DNA of 64,000 nucleotides from Podospora anserina. Taxonomy: Eukaryota. Shown one piece after another: positions 56,543-64,000 of the stretch; the first letter of the stretch is position 1, and every line of letters starts with the position of its first letter. Position numbers and translations under genes: made by a program. Location of the stretch: assembly GCA_017654855.1 (NCBI GenBank), contig CM030335.1, forward strand, positions 3,596,001-3,660,000. The letters are read 5' to 3'. A model generated the notes under the pieces. It was not told where the DNA came from, did no database searches, and was given only the letters and a program-made list of their open reading frames with translations.

Positions 56543-57357
56543 CTTTGGCGGTAAGTTGGTAATTTCCGGGAGGTCAATAGTGATTCCAACTCAAATACGT
56601 CGCAGAGATTTATGGTATTTAAATACCGAGGTCCCATCTACAAAGCCGCGCCGTCAGTGCCGTGGCCCGTGGTCGGATATTGAGTGCTTGTATTGCCTCT
56701 CCACTTACGGAGAAACATGCCCCGGATTCCCCAGCCGTCCTTGCGATCCCGAATTCATCGAAACTCGTCATGCCCTTGATTCCGTCCAGGCAGGTGTATC
56801 TTCATCTGCTTCAAACTCAACGCCATATTTTGGCTACGGACGGAGAGCACCAGTCCGTTATCAGCTCTCATGCCCCATGAAAAAAGAAGCGCCACCTATC
56901 CCCATACTACTTCTCTACTAGTTTTCTTTTGGGCCCTATCTCCTTGGTATTCCCATAACAACTGGCCATAGAGATACCGGGAAGCCGCCACCAACCATTA
57001 TCTGAGTGACATTAGCCTGTATGAACAAAGCTTACCTGCCATGCATCTTCCCCGCGGAAGCCATAACTGCCACCAACCAAAGACATGATCGTCATTTATT
57101 CGTGCGCGTGATTTTCGGAACTTGAGCCTAAAGTTCCTGGCCGCGCTTTCCTGGCCGTGTTTGCCGAGCAGGTAGATCTGTAGATCTGGCTTGGGGGTTC
57201 TGCAATAAAGCTTGATTTTCTGGGGAGTTGCGTAGGTACGACCCTTTTCCCTGACGGCCTATCGTGTTCCTCGGCCCGGGGCGAATTTAGAGTAAAGATA
57301 CAGAGGAAAGTAAAGAGAAGAGAGATCCAAAGACAACAACACCAACTCCAACCATCT

Positions 57358-58470
57358 TCAAGAACCCCACTGCTTCGATCTGGGGCCCTCCCCCAAAACA
57401 TACCCTTCCTTCTTCAAAAACTCCTCCAAACTCACCAGCTCCCCCAACCCGCACTCCCTCACCAGCCTCTTCCCCTCCTCCACCAACGCCCCCGTCTCCT
57501 TCCCCGCGTGACCAAACTCCTCCAGCGCCGAATACCCCTCCACCAAAACATCCTTCAAACTCTCCGGAAACCCCTTCAATCCCGTCTCCCTAAACTCCTC
57601 CACCGTGACCTGCTCATACCTCACCCTCTGCCCCGTGTGCCGCGAGAAAACCTCGGCGATCCCATCCAAAGCGTACACCCCCTCCGCAGCCAGCACCGCC
57701 TCCCCGGTCCCATCCACCCCACGTTCCAAAATCGCCGCCACAAACTTCCCCGTGTCCCTCCCCGCGTCAACAAGCGGTATCCCCGTCCCCCCAGTAACAT
57801 GCAGCCTCATAACCCAACTGTCCGTGTCTTCATCATACCTCGGCGCCAAGAACCCCTGCGTCAGCCAGTTGCTCATGAAGAACCCAAGCGACAGAAACGC
57901 TGATTTGATTTGCGGGTGCAGCGAGCGAATGTAGGCTTCTGCGCGGGCCTTGTCGTCAAAGGGTGTGACGTGGGTGTATTTACCCGACGAGAGCTCGGTG
58001 ATGTTGGGGAGGGTGCTGAAGAGGACGGTGTCAACTTTTTGGGCGAGGGCGGCGGAGAGGATGTTTTGGACGGCGAGGAATTCTTTGCTGGAGTTGGGGT
58101 CGTCTGAGGTCACGGGGGTGAAGGAGGGCGTGGTCATGATGAAGGCTGTGTGGACGTCTTTGAGGGCGGGGAGGAGGGTGGAGGGGGTGTGGAAGTCGAC
58201 TTGGGGGGTGACTTGGATGGTGTTGGTGGTGTTGTTGGTGGTGTTGTTGTCGGTATCGGTATCAGGGGAACTGCCGATGAGGCGGTACCATTGCTCGAGT
58301 GGGATAGAAGAAGCTGAGGAAATGGGTAAGGAGCGGCTGGTGAGGGCGCGGAGGTGGAACTGTGAGATGTTTGGGAGGGAGGCCGCGGGTTCAGAGACGA
58401 GCTGGTTGATGACGGAGCCGCCTTGTTGGCCTGTTGCGCCAAACACGGCGAGGATCTTCTTTTCTGTCAT
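57358..58470 (-). CDS. NmrA-like NAD(P)-binding protein
   Basis: Motifs AVFGATGQQGGSV, FSTLP, PFDDKA, GFFMSNW and DTGKFVAAI. Confidence 0.9.
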   Translation of the reverse strand: MTEKKILAVFGATGQQGGSVINQLVSEPAASLPNISQFHLRALTSRSLPISSASSIPLEQWYRLIGSSPDTDTDNNTTNNTTNTIQVTPQVDFHTPSTLLPALKDVHTAFIMTTPSFTPVTSDDPNSSKEFLAVQNILSAALAQKVDTVLFSTLPNITELSSGKYTHVTPFDDKARAEAYIRSLHPQIKSAFLSLGFFMSNWLTQGFLAPRYDEDTDSWVMRLHVTGGTGIPLVDAGRDTGKFVAAILERGVDGTGEAVLAAEGVYALDGIAEVFSRHTGQRVRYEQVTVEEFRETGLKGFPESLKDVLVEGYSALEEFGHAGKETGALVEEGKRLVRECGLGELVSLEEFLKKEGYVLGEGPRSKQWGS

Positions 58471-58854
58471 GATGAAGTCCGGATGTCAAAAGTCTGGGAG
58501 TTCTGGGTCTGTAGAGAAAAAATAGAATAGGATAACTGGCACTGACGGCCCTTTTATATATAGATGGCAATGCCGCTCAACTTGTCCGCGGTGCACCGCG
58601 GGGGAACTTTTGTTGAGTTGGTGTCCTCGGACTTTTGGGATGACAAACCCGCGGCGATCCTTCACATTTGACTCTCACTGGCTCTTGAGCACAGAAATTG
58701 TACAGGTTATGAACAACATGCCAGAAACAGACAAAACAGTTGTGAATATCAAGGAAAAGTAGCTATCATTTAGAGGTAAGGTATGTAAATATGCCATATT
58801 GCTAGGCAAACAAGTGTATAAAAAGTATCCATATGTCTATGAAAAGAAAAGAAA

Positions 58855-61800
58855 CTAAAATGTAGGCGCGACTCTGAGGGGCATCCTATCTCCTCCCTGA
58901 CTTCCTAACCTGAATGACCGAAGCGAGGTCGTGGAGAGTCTGGGTGCGTGCGCTGGTGGCCGCGACTGCGAAACCGACCGCACGCTCATGCTGCGGCCAA
59001 CGCGGGTTCCTGTGCTTCCTACCGAGCCCGCCGGCGAGGGCGGGACGGACCGACCACGAGACCGAACATTTAGTTTGCCCATCATGGCCGTCATGGCCGT
59101 TGCGGCGTCGAGCGGTGGAGTAGGGGGTGATCTTATGGGATGAGGCGCCATGATGCCAAAGGCACCGTGCACCATGTGGCCGGCGGCAGAACCAGACACT
59201 TGTGATGTTCTAGAGTTCAGTGGTCTGCCGTTGTAGGACGCCATCATGCGCTCCAGCGACGTGGCGCGAGACGTGTTCCTCATGGGAGGTGACCGTGTGG
59301 AAATCATGGATGACGGGGTGGGTGGTCGATGCTGTTGCTCCATGGCGGCTTGGATCTGCTCAAAGGTCAATGAGGATGGCAGCTTGCTCAGCCGGCGGAT
59401 GGATCTCATGTTGGCATCGATGAAGCTGGACATGGCTTTGACTGCCGTGTTGTTTTCGTGCGTCGCCATGGCGCTCGTTTCTGGAGCCGTGCTCGCCCTG
59501 GCGAGGTGCATTGCGTTCAGTGTTTGTGGCGTCGGGCTGGCCTTCGGAGCGCCGCGGATGCTCGCCTGGATTCTGTTCATGACATTGTCAAAGTCAACGC
59601 CCAGCTTCTGCTGCTGGGCTGACACGTATGCCGGTGCAGCACCAAGCACAGTCTCTTGGGTCAGGACAAAGAAAGACCCATCCCGAATTCTCTGCCTCAC
59701 CAGATTCCAGCGAGTTCTTGCCGGGTTACGCTCGAGCACGGGGTTGTACACGCTGTGCTTGGCGAGCTTTGCGTAAAACACCTCCAATCTCCTGGCCATG
59801 CGCTCCAGGGCCTGCATGAGAAAAGTCGCCAGCACCATCAAGCGCTGGTCGTCGTCTTCGGCCTCCATAGCCATGACGCTGTCAAAGGCGTCCATGCCGT
59901 GACATGCTTCCTCGCGAATATCTTCCAGCAACTCGATGTCAAGCTCAACGCTCTTGGCGGCGTAGTTGAAGATGCCACGCTCAGCAAACCTGATGTTGCC
60001 ACTGCTCTGGCCGACAAACTGACCGACCAGAGCGACTTCCTGAGATGTTGCAATGGCGTCCGGAGATGTCTTTGCGCGCGCAATGATTCCCAGCACGTCG
60101 GGCAGCCGCACGTCGGATCCAGCACCAGCGCTATCAGCAAGGGTGAAGGACAGCTTGAGCACGAGTTCCTGAAGCTTGGGGCCAAACAGCGCAGAGAAAC
60201 CTCCCTGCAGCAGACGAGATTGGTAGTCGTAAAACACCCTAACCATTCCCACGGCCTTGGGACGCGTCCAAACGTCCTCAGACTCCCGGAGGTACCCATC
60301 CCTAGCGCTATCCACATCACCAGCGCCGATAATGTCATACATCTCAAACTGGTGAGCAACCAGGGTCTCAACAGTTGTGCGCAGGTAAGCAGCCCAAAGA
60401 TCATACAAATCTCCAAGCTCCAGGACCCCGTGGAAGTCTGGCTTTGGTGTGAGCTGGCCAACAAAGTACTTCGTTAACAGGCTGTTGACCTCGGGGTTGT
60501 TGGTGTGAGCAAGGTTGTCAAACGTCTTGGAGCAGTCAACTCCGGCGTTGGACTTGATGATCAAGGTGCCGCCAGGATGCATGGGGCAAAAGTCTGTCAC
60601 GTCGTAGACACTGCCGTGCACCCCAATCCACATGCGGCTGTCGGGTCGATGGCCGGTGTGACGGGCCAGCTGCGAGAGAGGAATGGTGGGGAGGTTGCAC
60701 GGCAAGGGCTTGGGGGTCATGAAGACATCCAACATGAAGCGCCGCTCGGCAAAAGCCTTGTTGATGATGGTGTCGGCAGCCTCCATGGTCGAGGTGCAGT
60801 AGTTGTAAAGAGCCTGGCGTATCCCCTTCATTACCGTGTCAAAAACAGCCACCGAGCCGCAGACGTAAAGATAGCCACCAAGGCCGCCCTGCTTTTTCGA
60901 CATGACCAACTCCGAGATGGTGGCACCCTGCTGCACTATGAGGGCATCAATATACCGTGGTGGCATCTCCTTCTCGACCAACTCGCGCGAGTGTCGGTCG
61001 TAAACCAGGCCACGGCTATCCCGGGAGAATGCAAGATGGACTTCCATCAGGCCGGCCTCGACGTAGTCACGCAGCTCCTCTTCATACGCAAATTTCTCTC
61101 GAGACTGAACTCCCAGATACAAGAGGTCTCGACCAGCCGCGTTGCTGTGGGAGGCCAGGCGGGCCTGCCAAAAGCTTCGCATCGGCGCGATGCCGGAGCC
61201 ACCAGCAAAGAGGCAAACCGGCGCCGCCCGGTCGATTGGCAACTGGAAGTTGAGCGGTCGGCTGACCCCAATGAGCACATCCTCCTCATCCTCGATGAGC
61301 TCATCACTGGCACCCACAAACGGATTAAGAAAGCCACTGCTAACACCTGCGCATGCAATCTTCTCTTCTCCCGCGAATGTCGAGCATAGGTTGTACTCAG
61401 CCCGGGAGATGGTCAACTCAACCACCGAAGGGAGAAGCTCCTGAGAGTAATTGGAGATGGAATATGTCCTGGGGACTTCCACTGCGATGAGATCACAGAG
61501 CCACGACAAGTCCCCGGTGAGGTCAAAAGCGCGATCCCAGATGTGCGGGTTGGTCTCACTCACAGCGGCCTGAAGCAGGTCGCCGAGAGAGCCCTTGACC
61601 GGCCACTCGGTTGTCGCCAGAACCTGAAGCACTGTGTTGGATGAGGCACGCAGCATGTCATGGACCTTGAGGGCAAGCTCCTTAGTGATGGGCGCTAGAT
61701 GGCCACGCCTCAGGATATCCTTGACTGTGAGGTGTGATGTGGAGGTATGTGAAACGGCGCCCAGGTGCTGCGCGAACCGCTGCCACTGGGTGTTGGGCGT

Positions 61801-63856
61801 GATCCGGTATTCGAGGTAGTCCCCCAGCCCCAGGGCTGCAGCAACTTTGGCACACTCGGCCCAGCTATTCAGCGGCATGACAGCCAGGCGATCACCTGGT
61901 TGGAAGGTGATTCCAGTGTTGTGTAGATCGATGGTAACCATGGCGATGGACCGGTTGGGGTCGTTGTCAACAAAGGACCGGCTCAAGATCCGGGACTTGT
62001 ACCGGCACTCCTCAAAAGTCCCGCGCATCTCATGGGGTTCGATGGTGATCTTGCCACGGAATGGCTCGAGGCGCTCTTTCATGGCCGCTGAGAATTGCTT
62101 GTGCGTCTCCTCCCATGGCTTGTCGTTGGAATCAGGGGCGCCCGACAGACCATTTGTCTCTGTCCTCCCTGTCTTGCTTGCAATCTCGAGAATGCCAAAG
62201 ACTTTGTACCGGCTGTGATGGACACGTTAGGTACTCCTTTATCTACTGCCGACCTTGTCTTCCAGAAAGTGCAAAGTAACTCACTGTGTGCCCATGAACC
62301 CCCTTTCACCCACATACGCCTCGATGATACCATCAAGGACACCCATGAGTCTTGGATCGCCCGACTGTTTAACAAATTCGGGGATGCGGTAGTGGTATTC
62401 GATGGCGGCAATAAAGGCCCGAAGATTGGAGGGAAGCCATGCACGAAGATGCAGACCCTCCTTGCCGAGAAAAGAGTCGTAACTGGTGCGGCCCAAGAAC
62501 GCATCCATGACGAGAAAAGGGGGGAACTGAAGACCGGATGAAGCAGGGCAACGTTTGCTCAGAGGCGCTGAGAACTTGCCCCAGCGAACCCATTGGTGGC
62601 CTGGAACGTAGTTTTCACCCGAGTTGGGATTCGTGTTGATGGTGTGAAAGGCATTGGGCATGCGTTCGAGGATTTCCTTGAGTCGTATCAGCTCTCGAAG
62701 GAGGCCCTCGACATTGCGGTTCATGACGTGCTCCTGGCAGGCTGCTATGGCATCGGGGCCATGTTGGAATGATGCCGACGTATCGGCACAGCCCTTCTGG
62801 AAGGCAATTTCTGTCCTCTCGCCAAAGACAGGCCATCGCATGTCCATGTTGTCGAATCTTCCCACGTATGGGTATGTGGCGGTCTTGTCACGCAACTTCA
62901 TGTTGAACTGTGGACGGATGTGCTGTTAGCAAGACTCAAAGATCAAAACAGAAAGAAGAGAAAGATAACACCCGGCCCACTTACGGATGATTGGTCAAAG
63001 AAGGTGAGATGGGGGATGGATCGACCGAGGCGCCTTGAAACCTGCCAGTATGGTAGCGCAATGCTTCGCGGAATTCCAACCAGCTCTTCTCCCAGATCGT
63101 CTCCCATTTCGCACTTGGGCCGCCATTTCGTAGGATTGACCGTTACTCCCTCGTTGCCGTCGTTATTATCCTCGTATCGATAGATGGAGCACAGCATACC
63201 GAGAGCTACCACCGCTGCCCACAATGCCCTGTCTGGAATGACTTCTGGTGTTCCCTCAACGATGGGGAGGGCGGCAACGGATTCCCGGACACGACCCCTG
63301 GCCACACATCCCGGCATTCGTTCACACAAATCTGACCATATCCGTCCCGGTGAGTTGGCGAGAGCACCAGGAGACTCGTCGTAATCTGGTGGACAAAACC
63401 CGTGCTCGACGCTGAGGTACCCATCTTTCCAGCCAGTCCTTGGTCCAATCTCCTCAGCTCTGATCATTACTTGACGCGCAGGGGCCCCTAGTGCAACAGC
63501 CAAAAGATCCTGTTCGGCCACATTGAGTGTATCGATGTTCTTCATTCCGCTGATCTCGTTGACTGTTGGAATATTGGCGTACAGCACCTCGTTGATCGAC
63601 TTGCGTTCCCTCATTCGCAGCCACTCTTCGGCATCCACCCCTCGGGGGATCTGTCTTGTGTCAGTCGACGTTATCCGACGATTATTTCCAGACTTCGGCT
63701 CACATCAAATGCTGCGTGAATGTCTCCCGGTTGGGTATAGCCAGAAAAGGAGCAGCCCCGAGGTCCCATGCGGCTGCTGGACCGGCTGCCAGCAACTGAA
63801 CCAGCAGGACACTGGCCGCCGGCCACGCCAGACACCGGACATGATTGCATAGACAT
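58855..63856 (-). CDS. About 1599-aa fusion: IDO/PrnB-like heme domain + FAD/NAD(P)H (CPR/NOS-reductase-type) domains + cytochrome b5
   Basis: Introns 63703-63651, 62984-62908 and 62284-62213 give 4800 coding nt. IDO-like motifs GYLSVEHGFCP, SSGLQ..DAFLG and MGTHRY. Reductase motifs FQPGDRLAVMP, PRTYSIS, GVSSGFL, AGGSGIAPMRSF, AFSR and YVCG. Cytochrome b5 motifs WIGVHGSVYDVT, HPGG and FDNLAH. Confidence 0.85.
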
Positions 63857-64000
63857 TATGTGGTATGTAAACAAAGGCTGGAACAAAACACGCCAAATAG
63901 CAAAAGCCACTGTTGAACAAGGTAAATATTAGACAAGAAGGGGTATCAAAAAAGGGGCCTCCAGGGCGATGAGAAGTAAACACAGCCAAACAGGCAAGCT

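Noticed and set aside
4448-61389. Long antisense ORFs (e.g. 4448-5461, 9601-10503, 34140-35342, 59656-61389)
   Set aside because: They are shadows of GC3-biased coding sequence on the opposite strand and have no domain motifs.
58855-62082. Calling the large fusion a nitric oxide synthase
   Set aside because: Only the FAD/NADPH modules resemble NOS; I see no NOS oxygenase Cys motif, calmodulin site or flavodoxin domain.

Overview
Eukaryotic DNA from a filamentous ascomycete, probably Sordariales/Podospora-like. This is inferred from the short GT-AG introns with CTRAC branch sites, the gene content and the gene density; I cannot confirm the species. The window holds about 26 protein-coding loci, two tRNA genes (Ser-CGA; Ala-AGC with an intron) and a probable intronic box C/D snoRNA. 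The main system is a divergent pair matching the fungal tRNA-dependent sterol-aminoacylation module ErdS/ErdH: an aspartyl-tRNA synthetase fused to a DUF2156 aminoacyl-transferase domain, next to an alpha/beta hydrolase. That system is already described in Aspergillus. Less explained items include a ~1600-aa IDO/PrnB-like heme + FAD/NAD(P)H reductase + cytochrome b5 fusion, and an OsmC/Ohr gene broken by a single in-frame TAG. A flavin-reductase stop codon is followed directly and in frame by the ORF of the next dehydrogenase. Also present are a vWA-RBR ligase, intronless bacterial-style secreted enzymes (PQQ sugar dehydrogenase, triple SnoaL), an F-box pseudogene, and 14 consecutive minus-strand genes. 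All family calls come from motif recognition by eye, not database searches.
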